The notes beneath the pieces were generated by a model, which made no database searches, was not told the DNA's origin, and saw nothing but the letters and a program-made list of their open reading frames with translations. DNA of 64,000 bases, from contig OZ024763.1 in NCBI GenBank assembly GCA_964016885.1, forward strand, positions 1,116,001 through 1,180,000, given 5' to 3'. Shown here piece after piece: positions 24,535 through 37,925 of this stretch. A program made the position numbers and the translations under genes. Position 1 is the first letter of the stretch. Every line of letters starts with the position of its first letter. The stretch is from Eledone cirrhosa (Eukaryota).

Positions 24535-27342
24535 AGTGTATCTTTCCTTAGAAATATGGTAATGAAAGGGTTAAAGTATTTATATTTATCTAAAAAGCTA
24601 GGCAGTGTCTTTCATTAGAGATATGGTAATGAAAGGATTAAAGTATTTATATTTATCTAAAAAGCTAGGCAGTGTCTTTCATTAGAAATATGGTAATGAA
24701 AGGGTTAAAGTATTTATATTTATCTAAAAAGCTAAACAGTGTCTTTCATTAGAAATATGGTAATGAAAGGGTTAAAGTATTTATATTTATCTAAAAAGCT
24801 AGGCAGTGTCTTTCATTAGAGATATGGTTAAGAAAGGGTTAAAGTATTTATATTTATCTAAAAAGCTAGGCAGTGTCTTTCATTAGAGATATGGTTAAGA
24901 AAGGGTTAAAGTATTTATATTTATCTAAAAAGCTAAGCAGTGTCTTTCATTAGAGATATGGTAATGAAAGGGTTAAAGTATTTATATTTATCTAAAAAGC
25001 TAGGCAGTGTCTTTCATTAGAGATATGGTTAAGAAAGGGTTAAAGTGTTTATATTTATCTAAAAAGCTAAGCGGTGTCTTTCATTAGAGATATGGTTAAG
25101 AAAGGGTTAAAGTGTTTATATTTATCTAAAAAGCTAAGCAGTGTCTTTCATTAGAGATATGGTTAAGAAAGGGTTAAAGTATTTATATTTATCTAAAAAG
25201 CTAAGCAGTGTCTTTCATTAGAGATATGGTTAAGAAAGGGTTAAAGTATTTATATTTATCTAAAAAGCTAGGCAGTGTCTTTCATTAGAGATATGGTTAA
25301 GAAAGGGTTAAAGTATTTATATTTATCTAAAAAGCTAGGCAGTGTCTTTCATTAGAGATATGGTTAAGAAAGGGTTAAAGTATTTATATTTATCTAAAAA
25401 ACTAAGCAGTGTCTTTCATTAGAGATATGGTTAAGAAAGGGTTAAAGTGTTTATATTTATCTAAAAAGCTAAGCGGTGTCTTTCATTAGAAATATGGTTA
25501 AGAAAGGGTTAAAGTATTTATATTTATCTAAAAAGCTAAGCAGTGTCTTTCATTAGAAATATGGTCAAGAAAGGGTTAAAGTATTTATATTTATCTAAAA
25601 AGCTAAGCAGTGTCTTTCATTAGAGATATGGTTAAGAAAGGGTTAAAGTATTTATATTTATCTAAAAAGCTAAGCAGTGTCTTTCATTAGAGATATGGTT
25701 AAGAAAGGGTTAAAGTATTTATATTTATCTAAAAAGCTAGGCAGTGTCTTTCATTAGAGATATGGTTAAGAAAGGGTTAAAGTATTTATATTTATCTAAA
25801 AAGCTAGGCAGTGTCTTTCATTAGAGATATGGTAATGAAAGGGTTAAAGTATTTATATTTATCTAAAAAGCTAGGCAGTGTCTTTCATTAGAAATATGGT
25901 TAAGAAAGGGTTAAAGTATTTATATTTGTCTAAAAAGCTAGGCAGTGTCTTTCATTAGAGATATGGTAATGAAAGGGTTAAAGTATTTATATTTATCTAA
26001 AAAGCTAGGCAGTGTCTTTCATTAGAGATATGGTTAAGAAAGGGTTAAAGTATTTATATTTATCTAAAAAGCTAGGCAGTGTCTTTCATTAGAGATATGG
26101 TTAAGAAAGGGTTAAAGTATTTATATTTATCTAAAAAGCTAAGCAGTGTCTTTCATTAGAGATATGGTTAAGAAAGGGTTAAAGTATTTATATTTATCTA
26201 AAAAGCTAGGCAGTGTCTTTCATTAGAGATATGGTTAAGAAAGGGTTAAAGTATTTATATTTATCTAAAAAGCTAGGCAGTGTCTTTCATTAGAGATATG
26301 GTTAAGAAAGGGTTAAAGTATTTATATTTATCTAAAAAGCTAGGCAGTGTCTTTCATTAGAGATATGGTTAAGAAAGGGTTAAAGTATTTATATTTATCT
26401 AAAAAGCTAAGCAGTGTCTTTCATTAGAGATATGGTTAAGAAAGGGTTAAAGTATTTATATTTATCTAAAAAGCTAGGCAGTGTCTTTCATTAGAGATAT
26501 GGTTAAGAAAGGGTTAAAGTATTTATATTTATCTAAAAAGCTAGGCAGTGTCTTTCATTAGAGATATGGTTAAGAAAGGGTTAAAGTATTTATATTTATC
26601 TAAAAAACTAAGCAGTGTCTTTCATTAGAGATATGGTTAAGAAAGGGTTAAAGTGTTTATATTTATCTAAAAAGCTAAGCGGTGTCTTTCATTAGAAATA
26701 TGGTTAAGAAAGGGTTAAAGTATTTATATTTATCTAAAAAGCTAAGCAGTGTCTTTCATTAGAAATATGGTCAAGAAAGGGTTAAAGTATTTATATTTAT
26801 CTAAAAAGCTAAGCAGTGTCTTTCATTAGAGATATGGTTAAGAAAGGGTTAAAGTATTTATATTTATCTAAAAAGCTAAGCAGTGTCTTTCATTAGAGAT
26901 ATGGTTAAGAAAGGGTTAAAGTATTTATATTTATCTAAAAAGCTAGGCAGTGTCTTTCATTAGAGATATGGTTAAGAAAGGATTAAAGTGTTTATATTTA
27001 TCTAAAAAGCTAAGCAGTGTCTTTCATTAGAAATATGGTTAAGAAAGGATTAAAGTATTTATATTTATCTAAAAAGCTAAGCAGTGTCTTTCATCAGAGA
27101 TATGGTTAAGAAAGGGTTAAAGTATTTATATTTATCTAAAAAGCTAAGCGGTGTCTTTCATTAGAGATATGGTAATGAAAGGGTTAAAGTATTTATATTT
27201 ATCTAAAAAGCTAAGCAGTGTCTTTCATTAGAGATATGGTTAAGAAAGGGTTAAAGTATTTATATTTATCTAAAAAGCTAAGCAGTGTCTTTCATTAGAA
27301 ATATGGTTAAGAAAGGATTAAAGTGTTTATATTTATCTAAAA
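24535..27342. repeat. 67-bp satellite, ~42 copies
   Basis: Unit cagtgtctttcattagagatatggttaagaaagggttaaagtatttatatttatctaaaaagctagg; both flanks continue into the ~200-bp parent repeat. Confidence 0.97.
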
Positions 27343-27689
27343 ATCCTTCCATTTTCATTTTATGTAAGAACCTTTTTTAAGTTATGTTCCAAACTCCAGA
27401 TTAATAATGAGAAAGTTAGTTATATGACTAAATCTCTTCAAAAGTCTTGATTATTGAATAAATAAAATAATCTTAAACACACATGTAGTGTCTGCCCTTA
27501 TAAATATGGTGACAAAAGGGTTAACTATATTGTCACACCTGTACTATGAGTCATAGAACAGATGTTGTTCATGCTTGAACCTGTTTTTCTTCATCATTTT
27601 CTATAAAGCTGCAGGATTTACCACAAAGATGACAATAAACTGACCTAAAAACAATGATTGAAGTTTCAAGAAGTGCATTGAGTGCAGAG

Positions 27690-28392
27690 TGAGTGTATAG
27701 TGTAGTGTGTGTATATAGTGTAGCGTGTGTATATGTAGAGTGTATAGTGTGGTGTATATATTGTATAGTGTTGTGGTGTGTGTATATGTAGAGGAGTGTA
27801 TAGTGTGATGTATATATTGTATAGTGTTGTGTAGTGTGGTGTGTATATTGTAGTGTGTAGTGTAGTGTGGTGTGTAGTGTAGTGTGGTGTATAGTGTAGT
27901 GTGGTGTATAGTGTAGTGTGGTGTGTATAGTTTAGTGTGGTGTGTAGTGTAGTGTAGTGTAGTGTGGTGTATAGTGTGGTGTGTAGTGTAGTGTAGTGTA
28001 TAGTGTAGTGTGGTGTATAGTGTAGTGTGGTTTGTGTAGTGTAGTGTAGTGTAGTGTAGTGTGGTGTAGTGTGGTGTATAGTGTAGTGTGGTTTGTGTAG
28101 TGTAGTGTGGTGTGTAGTGTGGTGTGTAGTGTAGTGTGGTGTATAGTGTAGTGTGGTGTGTAGTGTGGTGTGTATAGTGTAGTGTGGTGTGTATTGTAGT
28201 GTGGTGTGTGTGGTGTGGTGTATAGTGTAGTGTAGTGTGGTGTGTATTGTAGTGTGGTGTGTATAGTGTGGTGTGTAGTGTAGTGTGGTGCATAGTGTAG
28301 TGTAGTGTGGTGTGTAGTGTAGTGTAGTGTGGTGTGTATAGTGTAGTGTGGTGTATATAGTGTAGTGTGGTGTGTGTAGTGTAGTGTGGTGT
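27690..28392. repeat. (GTGTA/GTGTG)n pentamer tract
   Basis: Directly visible. Confidence 0.95.
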
Positions 28393-28572
28393 GGTAAGGA
28401 ACCAGATGGACCATAATGCACCAGAGTACTCAATACTTAGGGTAGTAGAGTGGATAATAGGAAAAAGTTTAACCCCGACGGCAGAGCTCAAGCCGTTTCG
28501 ACGGCTATTTTTGGACTAGAAATAGCCGTCGAAACGGCTTGAGCTCTGCGTCGGGGTTATACTTTTTTCTAT
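28388..28572. mobile_element. Foldback element, same family as 7740-7945
   Basis: Arms aaccccgacggcagagctcaagccgtttcgacggctattt / aaatagccgtcgaaacggcttgagctctg. Confidence 0.7.
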
Positions 28573-28580
28573 ATATATAC

Positions 28581-28631
<51 letters not shown>

Positions 28632-28633
<2 letters not shown>

Positions 28634-28830
28634 CAAATGAAGCAGTTACAAGCCGTTAAAACAAGTTCTTTATATAACTCTTACACATGTTTCACCCACA
28701 CGTCATCCTCAGAGAAATAATTGATTATATAAAGTCATCAATAAGTATAAATACTGTGTGGGTGAAACATCTGTAAGAGTTATATAAAGAACTTGTTTTA
28801 ACAGCTTGTAACTCATTCATTCATTTGCAT
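28632..28830. mobile_element. Foldback element with degenerate hammerhead-like motif
   Basis: ~55-bp arms, 28645-28701 versus 28756-28812. Minus strand reads ttct-CTGAGGA...GAAACATGTGTA-agag. Confidence 0.55.
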
Positions 28831-29019
28831 ATTCCTGCTCTGCTTGAACAATATACTAAATATTAAATCTCTAATATTTAACTCTGCTAACCCAAGCATT
28901 GAGTGCACTGCTTCGGCTATTGGCATTTAGTAATCTGTATCGCACTTCTCTGTATCTCTCTGTATCTCTCTGTTTCCTCCTTTCCTATGATACTTATACT
29001 CTATTATTATATATATATA

Positions 29020-29437
29020 GGGCAGTGGATTGGCAGTATCGGTAGAGGGTCGGACACCATGCTTTCCAGCATAGTTACGTTCCTTTACGATCTGAGTTCA
29101 AATCCCGCCGAGGTTGACTTTGCCTTTCATCCTTACAGGGTCGATAAAATAAAGTACCAGTAATGCACTGGGTAATTGCTGGCCTTGTGCCTAAAGTAGA
29201 AACAATTATATATATATATAATGGCCGGTGGATTGGCAATATCGGTAGAGGGTTGGACACCATGCTTTGCAGCATAGAGTTACGGCTCTTTACGATCTGA
29301 GTTCAAATCCCGCCAAGGTTAACTTTGCCTTTCATCCTTACGGGGTCAATAAAATAAAGTTTGTCACGCACTGGGGTTGATTTAATCGACTTTCTCCTCC
29401 CAAAATTGATGGCCTTGTGTCTATATAAGAAACCATT
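29020..29437 (+). mobile_element. Two tandem SINE family C copies
   Basis: Both start gtggattggca and carry the B-box and Nin-like domain. Confidence 0.85.
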
Positions 29438-29524
29438 ATATATATATATATACACACACACACATATATATAGACACATACACACACTACACTACATTAC
29501 ATGTATATTACATAAAATATATAT

Positions 29525-29675
29525 AGCACTAGATTTATGACAAATGAGGTCCTGTATTAGTTATGAGGCCCCAAACATTTGAAAAACTCATTGTAAAAGA
29601 ATGTTTTGGCAAGAAGATGGGGCCCTCCTAGCTAATGGGACTCTGTGTTTAAGCACCAGAGTAAATCTGGTACTG
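29525..29675. mobile_element. Short hAT-like MITE
   Basis: Imperfect TIRs tagcactagattta / taaatctggtactg with internal ggcccc/ggggccc motifs. Confidence 0.45.
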
Positions 29676-29696
29676 CATGTATATATATTCTATAGT

Positions 29697-30919
29697 AACA
29701 AGCGAATACCCTCCATCAGGTATCTACCATACTCTGAACGTCTTGCTTCCCTGGGCATGGATACATTGAAGCTCCGACGTCTGGCAACTGACTTGTAAAC
29801 ACCCACAAAATTATTAACCATCTTGCCAACAGCAACCCTGAGTACCTTTTTGACTTCCATGTGTCTAACACACGTGGGCATGCCAACAAAGTCAGAAAAC
29901 AGTACAGCTCCCATGACTTTCGGATACATTTTTTCATGCTCAGTGTTGCTGAAGCATGGAACAAACTACCTGCATCAGTTGTTAGCTGTCGAAACACTGC
30001 ATCCTTTAAAACCTCCATGGAACAAACTACCTGCATCAGTTGTTAGCTGTCGAGACACTGCATCCTTTAAAACCTCCATGGAACAAACTACCTGCATCAG
30101 TTGTTAGCTGTCGAGACACTGCATCCTTTAAAACCTCCATGGAACAAACTACCTGCATCAGTTGTTAGCTGTCGAGACACTGCATCCTTTAAAACCTCCA
30201 TGGAACAAACTACCTTCATCAGTTGTTAGCTGTCGAGACACTGCATCCTTTAAAACCTCCATGGAACAAACTACCTGCATCAGTTGTTAGCTGTCGAGAC
30301 ACTGCATCCTTTAAAACCTCCATGGAACAAACTACCTGCATCAGTTGTTAGCTGTCGAGACACTGCATCCTTTAAAACCTCCATGGAACAAACTACCTGC
30401 ATCAGTTGTTAGCTGTCGAAACACTGCATCCTTTAAAACCTCCATGGAACAAACTACCTGCATCAGTTGTTAGCTGTCGAAACACTGCATCCTTTAAAAC
30501 CTCCATGGAACAAACTACCTGCATCAGTTGTTAGCTGTCGAGACACTGCATCCTTTAAAACCTCCATGGAACAAACTACCTTCATCAGTTGTTAGCTGTC
30601 GAGACACTGCATCCTTTAAAACCTCCATCGAACAAACTACCTGCATCAGTTGTTAGCTGTCGAGACACTGCATCTTTTAAAACCTCCATGGAACAAACTA
30701 CCTGCATCAGTTGTTAGCTGTCGAGACACTGCATCCTTTAAAACCTCCATGCTTCCTGAGATTCGCCAACACTACACCTGATGTCCCCCCTCTGTACACA
30801 CACACATGTATATCATGATTCATACAGTGTTCACTTTCCTGACATTTGTATATTATTCTATGTACTATACATGCACCTTTGATGAGTTGTAGTGCACCTG
30901 AGCACTGTATACAATAATT

Positions 30920-30950
<31 letters not shown>
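29697..30950 (+). mobile_element. CR1/L2-clade LINE 3' end with 13 tandem copies of a 61-bp unit and (ATT)n tail
   Basis: LPYSERLASLGMDTLKLRRLATDL...TRGHANKVRK...FFMLSVAEAWNKLPASVV; array spans 29955-30748. Confidence 0.9.
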
Positions 30951-30957
<7 letters not shown>

Positions 30958-31137
30958 TGTATATATGTTATGTAGTAAGTACTGTATATATGTTATGTAG
31001 TAAGTACTGTATATATATTATATAGTACTGTATATATATTATATAGTACTGTATATATAATAATAATAATAATAATGAAATTATTGTGTAAAGTGCTCAG
31101 GTGCACTACAACTCGTCAATATAGTACATAGAATAAT

Positions 31138-31316
31138 TGTTTCTACTTTTGGCACAAGGCCATCAATTATCCAGTACATTACTGGTACTTTATTTTATCG
31201 ACCCCGTAAGGATGAAAGGCAAAGTTAACCTCGGCGGGATTTGAACTCAGACTGTAAAGGGAGGACGTAACTATGCTGGAAAGCATGGCGTCCGACTCTC
31301 TACCGATACTGCCAAT
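31138..31316 (-). mobile_element. SINE family C with 11-bp target site duplication
   Basis: catagaataat at 31127-31137 and 31317-31327. Confidence 0.85.
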
Positions 31317-31327
31317 CATAGAATAAT

Positions 31328-31910
31328 ATATATTATATAGTACTGTATATATATTATATAGTACTGTATATATATTATATAGTACTGTATATATATTATA
31401 TAGTACTGTATATATATTATATAGTACTGTATATATATTATACAGTACTGTATCTATATTATATAGTAAGCACTATATATATATTATATAGTAGTGTATG
31501 CATATTATATAGTAAGTACTGTGTATATATATATATTCTATAGTACTGTATCATATATAGTAAGTACTATATATATATATATATATATATTCTATAGTAC
31601 TGTATCATATATAGTAAGTACTATATATATATATATATTATATAGTACTGTATATATATATATTCTATAGTACTGTATCATATATAGTAAGTACTATATA
31701 TATATATATATATATTATATAGTACTGTATATATATATTCTATAGTACTGTATCATATATAGTAAGTACTATATATATATATATATATATATTATATAGT
31801 ACTGTATATATATTATATAGTACTGTATATATATATTATATAGTACTGTATATATATATTATATAGTAAGTACTATATATACATATATATTATATAGTAC
31901 TGTATATTAT
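31328..31910. repeat. AT-rich minisatellite (tatagtactgtatatatat variants)
   Basis: Directly visible; the same motif occurs at 30950-31058. Confidence 0.9.
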
Positions 31911-31924
31911 GTCAGACAAAATAA

Positions 31925-32157
<233 letters not shown>

Positions 32158-32227
32158 ATACTTCCATCTGTACTGACCCATATTCAGGTTTTCATACAAC
32201 ACAGTGATCGCTCTGAGCGATCGACAA

Positions 32228-32890
32228 GCTCTACCTGGAGTGACTCTCTGATCTCTGAGCTACAAATCTGTCCAGTGATTCTTTCCTGAGACATTATAAC
32301 CACATGTCCATAGTATCAGAGCTGTGATCTCTCAATTCAGAGAAGTAGCAGCTCTACCTGGAGTGACTCTCTGATCTCTGAGCTACAAATCTGTCCAGTG
32401 ATTCTTTCCTGAGACATTCTAACCACATGTCCATAGTATCAGAGCTGTCATCTCTCAATTCGGAGAAGTAACAGCTCTACCTGGAGTGACTCTCTGATCT
32501 CTGAGCTACAAATCTGTCCAGTGATTCTTTCCTGAGACATTCTAACCACATGTCCATAGTATCAGAACTGTGATCTCTCAATTTGGAGAAGTAACAGCTC
32601 TACCTGGAGTGACTCTCTGATCTCTGAGCTACAAATCTGTCCAGTGATTCTTTCCTGAGACATTCTAACCACATGTCCACAGTATCAGAGATGTGAACTC
32701 TCAATTCAGAGAAGTAGCTCTACCTGGAGTGACTCTCCAGCAATTCTTTCCTGAGACATTCTAACTACATGTCCATAGTATCAGAGATGTGAACTCTCAA
32801 TTCAGAGAAGTAGCTCTACCTGGAGTAACTCTCCAGCAATTCTTTCCTGAGACATTCTAACCACATGTCCTTAGTATCAGAGCTGTGATG
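32228..32890 (-). repeat. RTE-derived 123-bp tandem array in an ARF intron
   Basis: Same unit and junction as 10327-11060; the last two copies are internally deleted. Confidence 0.9.
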
Positions 32891-32972
32891 TTTTATTCAT
32901 TTGAAACAAATATTTTTATTCTTTTAACTGGTTTTCTTTTTTCTTCTTTTTAATTCCATGTTGTCCTAACAG

Positions 32973-33046
32973 GTTTCAATGTGGAAACTATTGAATATCG
33001 CGACATCAGTTTGACAGCTTGGGATATTGGCAGCCGTGACAAGTTG
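32973..33046 (+). CDS. ARF-family GTPase exon ([25 protein letters not shown])
   Basis: Pyrimidine tract + ctaacag acceptor, 74 nt, GTATGT donor, phases compatible with both neighbours. Aligns to ARF [25 protein letters not shown]. Confidence 0.95.
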
Positions 33047-33143
33047 GTATGTGGGTTTTATTTTAAACTTTAGTGTCTCATTGCTCTAGTTTAGATTGTA
33101 GCATCATTGGTTAGTGGTTTATTACCATTGTGTCAACCTCTCT

Positions 33144-33925
33144 AGTGCTGGTGTCATGATAAAATACACCCAGTACACTCTGTAAAGTGGTAGTGGTGGT
33201 GTCATGATAAAATACACCCAGTACACTCTGTAAAGTGGTAGTGCTGGTGCCATGATAAAATACATCCAGTACACCCTGTAAAGTGGTAATGCTGGAGTCA
33301 TGATAAAATACACCCAGTAAAGTGGTAGTGCTGGTGTCATGATAAAATACACCGAGTACACTCTGTAAAGTGGTAGTGCTGGTGCCATGATAAAATACAC
33401 CCAGTACACCCTGTAAAGTGGTAATGCTGGAGTCATGATAAAATGCACCCAGTAAAGTGGTAGTGCTGGTGTCATGATAAAATACACCGAGTACACTCTG
33501 TAAAGTGGTAGTGCTGGTGTCATGATAAAATACACCCAGTACACTTTGTAAAGTGGTAATGCTGGAGTCATGATAAAATACACCCAGTAAAGTGGTAGTG
33601 CTGGTGTCATGATAAAATACACCGAGTACACTCTGTAAAGTGGTAGTGCTGGTGTCATGATAAAATACACCCAGTACACTTTGTAAAATGGTAGTGGTGG
33701 TGTCATGATAAAATACACCCAGTACACCCTGTAAAGTGGTAGTGCTGGAGTCATGATAAAATACACCCAGTACACCCTGTAAAGTGGTAGTGCTGGAGTC
33801 ATGATAAAATACACCCAGTACACTCTGTAAAGTGTTAGTGCTGGTGCCACAATAAAATGCACCCGTCCCACTATGTATAGTGTTAGTGCTGGTGCCACAA
33901 TAAAATGCACCCGTCCCGCTATGTA
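33144..33925 (+). repeat. SINE-derived 48-bp minisatellite with 39-bp variants
   Basis: Unit ctggtgtcatgataaaatacacccagtacactctgtaaagtggtagtg. Confidence 0.92.
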
Positions 33926-34470
33926 TAGTAGTAGTATATATATATATACACATACGGACTCCTCCCTCATTCACTTTATCCATAACCACTCATTAAAATA
34001 CATATTCAGACAGTCCTATGCGAGCAAGACAACCACTCTTGCCTCAAGTGGGAAAACCCCCGTCCAAACCCATACAAGCGTGGAACACGGACGCTAAACC
34101 TGATGATGATGATTCATTATATTATTATTATTTTTTGCTATATTTCGGGAGATTAATGTTGTCCTAATATTGCCAAAACTAGTAAAACACACTCACTGTT
34201 TGATTTGGTTTTTCGCTTCAGTATATATATTTTTTATATATATGTATATATTAGAAATTGAACAACACAAAATATAACTACTCCATTACCAAAGGTTTCT
34301 GGATCACAGACGATAATAAAATACGTCTGGATTGGTCGTTAGACAGAGATCTTATGTATATATTTATATTTTATTTAGCAATAAGTTTCAACACAAAATT
34401 TCATATCAAAAACCTTGCAAAACAATTACATTGTTGTATTTCAATATTTTGTTTTTTTTCTCATGTGTAG

Positions 34471-34708
34471 CGACCGTTATTTCGGCATTACTACAAAGGT
34501 ACTGATGCTGTGGTGTTTGTGATAGACAGCGCTGACAGGGAGCGTCTGGATGAATTGAGTTTTGATGTGATCCGACCAGCAGTGTTGGCTGAGGAACTTT
34601 CTTCGGCCGTCTTCCTCTTCTTAGCTAACAAACAAGACTTACCAGAAGCCATGACAGTTGAAGAGATCACAGACAAACTCTCATTAAAGAATTTGAAACA
34701 CACATGGA
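34471..34708 (+). CDS. ARF-family GTPase exon (RPLFRHYYKGTDAVVFVIDSADRERL...ANKQDLPEAM...KHTW)
   Basis: Acceptor at 34469-70, 238 nt, GTAAGT donor. Contains FVIDSAD and the G4 NKQD motif. Confidence 0.95.
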
Positions 34709-34744
34709 GTAAGTACCAACAATTTTTTTTATTATTATAGTTTA

Positions 34745-35136
34745 GGGCGGTGGATTGGCAGTATCGGTAGAGGGTTGGATGCCATGCTTTTCAGCATAGT
34801 TATGTCCCTTTATGGTCTGAGGTAACGCCGAGGTTAACTTTGCCTTTCATCCTTACGGGGTCGATAAAATAAAGTACCAGTAATGCACTGGGTAATTGCT
34901 GGCCTTGTGCCAAATGTAGAAACAATTATTATAGTTTAATATATCTGACGGTGAATCAGCAGTATTGGTAGAGGGTCGGACGCTATGGTTTGCAGTATAG
35001 AGTTACGGCCCTTTACGGTCTGAGTTCAAATCCTGCCGAGGTTAATTTTGCCTTTCATTTTTACGGGGGTCGAATAAATAAAGTACCAGTAATACACTGG
35101 GATAATTGTTGGCTTTGTGCCAAAAGTAGAAACAAT

Positions 35137-35183
<47 letters not shown>

Positions 35184-35352
35184 TATCGATAGTGTCAGAG
35201 ACCCTACTTTATGGCATGGAGTTATGGCCCTTTACATTCTGAGTTCAAATCCCGCTGAGGTTAGCTTTGCCTTTCATCCTTATAGGGGTTGTTAAAATAA
35301 CGTACCAGTAATGCACTGGGGTAATTGCTGGCCTTGTGCCAGAAGTAGAAAC
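34745..35352 (+). mobile_element. Three consecutive SINE family C copies
   Basis: Repeated Nin-like domain and gtagaaaca ends at ~34925, ~35135 and ~35352. Confidence 0.85.
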
Positions 35353-35757
35353 ACATATATATTTTATAGTAAAAGTAAAGACTTCATTCGGTCAAGGATG
35401 ACCATGGGATTTCCACCTTGAAAGTTCCTCTCCGAGACACAAGTCCAGGTATAGTTGTTTGTGAAGACCAGCAGTTACCCATGTATAGCAGTCTCTCCCC
35501 TCCACATCACCGATGTGGAAGTTGTGATGAGTAGTTAACGATTCAACAAAAATATATGGATAAAATAAATCACAGACTTGAAAAAAAGAAATTCTCTGTT
35601 TCAGCAACTCTTAGATGGGGCTATCACTGACCATTCAGAAATATCAGCTATAAGACCATGAAAAACATAGGCAGAGGTGTTGAGAGGTGACCTCAGATCG
35701 CTGAAGCTCACAGAGGAGATGACAAAGGACTGTGACGAAAGGAGAGATGCTGTGCTT

Positions 35758-36310
35758 AATAATAATAATAATGAAATTATTGTGTACAGTGCTCAGGTGC
35801 ACTACAACTCATCAAAGGTGCATGTATAGTACATAGAATAATGTTCAAATGTCAGGAAAAAGAACAGTGTATGAGTCATGATATACATGTGTGTGTATGT
35901 ATGGAGGGGGGATATCAGGTGTAGTGTTGGCGAATCTCAGGAGGCATGGAGGTTTTAAAGGATGCAGTGTCTTGACAGCTAACAACTGATGCAGGTAGTT
36001 TGTTCCATGGATGTTTTAAAGGATGCAGTGTCTTGACAGCTAACAACTGATGCAGGTAGTTTGTTCCATGGAGGTTTTAAAGGATGCAGTGTCTCGACAG
36101 CTAACAACTGATGCAGGGAGTTTGTTCCATTGAGGTTTTAAAGGATTCAGTGTCTCGACAGCTAACAACTGATGCAGGTAGTTTGTTCCATGGAGGTTTT
36201 AAAGGATGCAGTGTCTTGACAGCTAACAACTGATGCAGGTAGTTTGTTCCATGCTTCAGCAACTCTGAGCATGAAAAAATATTTCCGAAAGTCAATGGAA
36301 GCTGTACTGC
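35758..36310 (-). mobile_element. CR1/L2 LINE 3' end with 5 copies of the same 61-bp unit
   Basis: Reverse complement of 29905-30940; array spans 35945-36250. Confidence 0.9.
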
Positions 36311-36364
36311 AAGCAAGGAAAAGGGGACGTAAAAGGATGATGATGTATATCAATATACACTCAT

Positions 36365-36580
36365 GACAGGTGCAATGTGTCCGAACACGGAAGAGCCAAA
36401 CTCCAACTGTCATCGCCCCCCCCCCCCCCCCCATCTCTCTGTATTGGGAGGGCGAGAGCAAATGGTGTCCAACATGCTGGCCTCCCCACAGCCCCGGCAG
36501 ATAGAATGGAGGTGTTGTTTCCCCGGAGGATAGTAAGGGAGATATGCTGGAAGAGCCATTCCGTATTGGAGTTGAGCAGA
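36365..36580 (-). mobile_element. CRE-like non-LTR retrotransposon 3' fragment
   Basis: EWLFQHISLTILRGNNTSILSAG resembles the QRxSxAxxRGN end of the CRE-clade restriction-like endonuclease; related to 59535-59762. Confidence 0.6.
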
Positions 36581-36687
36581 CAGAACATATGGGGTGGGGG
36601 TGATGGGGTGGGGGTGATGGGGTGGGGGTGATGGGGGGAGCTGTTTAAGCAGGAATGCTGCTAACAGAGATATCTTGGAGTAGACAC

Positions 36688-37395
36688 TGTGGTAATGGTG
36701 GTGGTGGTAGGGGTAAGACAGTGGTAGTGGTGGTGGTAATGGTAGGGGTAATGACGACGATGATGGTGGTGGTGGTGGTGGCGGTGGCGGCAAGGGGTAA
36801 TGATGATGGTGGTGGTGGTGGGCGTGATAGGGGTAAGATGGTGGTGGGGGTAGTAGGGGTAATGATGGTGGCGGTGGTGGTGGTAGTAGGGGTAATGATG
36901 ATGGTGGTGGTGGGCGTGATAGGGGTAAGATGGTGGTGGTGGTAGTAGGGGTTAGATGGTGGTGGTGGTAATGGTAGGGGTAATGATGGTTGTGGTGGTG
37001 GTGGTGGTGTTAGGGGTAAGATGGTGGTGGTGGTAATGGTAGGGGTAATGATGGTTGTGGTGGTGGTGGTGGTGTTGGGGGTAATATGGTGGTGGTGGTA
37101 GTAGGGGTAAGATGGTGGTGGTGGTGGTGGTAATGGTAGGGGTAATGATGGTTGTGGTGGTGGTGTTAGGGGTAAGATGGTGGTGGTGGTGGTAATGGTA
37201 GGGGTAATGATGGTGGTGGTGGTGGTGGTGTGAGGGGTAAGGGTAATATGGTTGTGGTGGTGATGATAGGGGTAAGACAGTGATGGTGGTGGTGGGGGGG
37301 GGGGGGGGATGTTGCTGAATTAGTAGAGAGATGTTCTTGGCAAAGGACCAGAGCTTTCTGATGTAATTTGGAAGAAGTGGCTGATGGCAGGGTTC

Positions 37396-37446
<51 letters not shown>

Positions 37447-37721
37447 TATGTATGTGTGCATATATGTGTGTATGTGTGTATGTATGTCTGTAAGTGTGTG
37501 TATGTATGTATGTGTGTGTGTGTGTGTGTGGTATGTGTGTGTATATATGTATATATGTATATATGTGTGTATGTGTGTATGTATGTGTGTGTATGTGTGT
37601 ATGTATGTCTGTAAGTGTGTGTATGTATGTATGTGTGTGTGTGTGGTATGTATGTATGTATGTATGTATGTATGTATGTATGTGTGTGTGTGTGGTATGT
37701 ATGTGTGTATATGTGTATGTA

Positions 37722-37756
<35 letters not shown>

Positions 37757-37925
37757 AAGAATCCACAGTTAGTGGCGGATGTCTTCCTTTAGGTGTGGTA
37801 GCTAAGTGGCGGTGGTGGTGGTGGGATGTGGTGGTGGTGGTGGTGGTGGTGGTGGTGGTGGGATGTGGTGGTGGTGTTGGTGAGATGTGGTGGTGGTGGG
37901 ATGTGGTGGTGGTGGTGGTTTGTGT
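36688..37925. repeat. G-rich GGT/AGGGGTAA tracts and (TG)/(TATG) tract
   Basis: Directly visible. Confidence 0.93.

Noticed and set aside
29563-29631. FGKK-containing short ORF as ARF exon 1
   Set aside because: In-frame stop, no donor, and it lies inside a hAT-like MITE.
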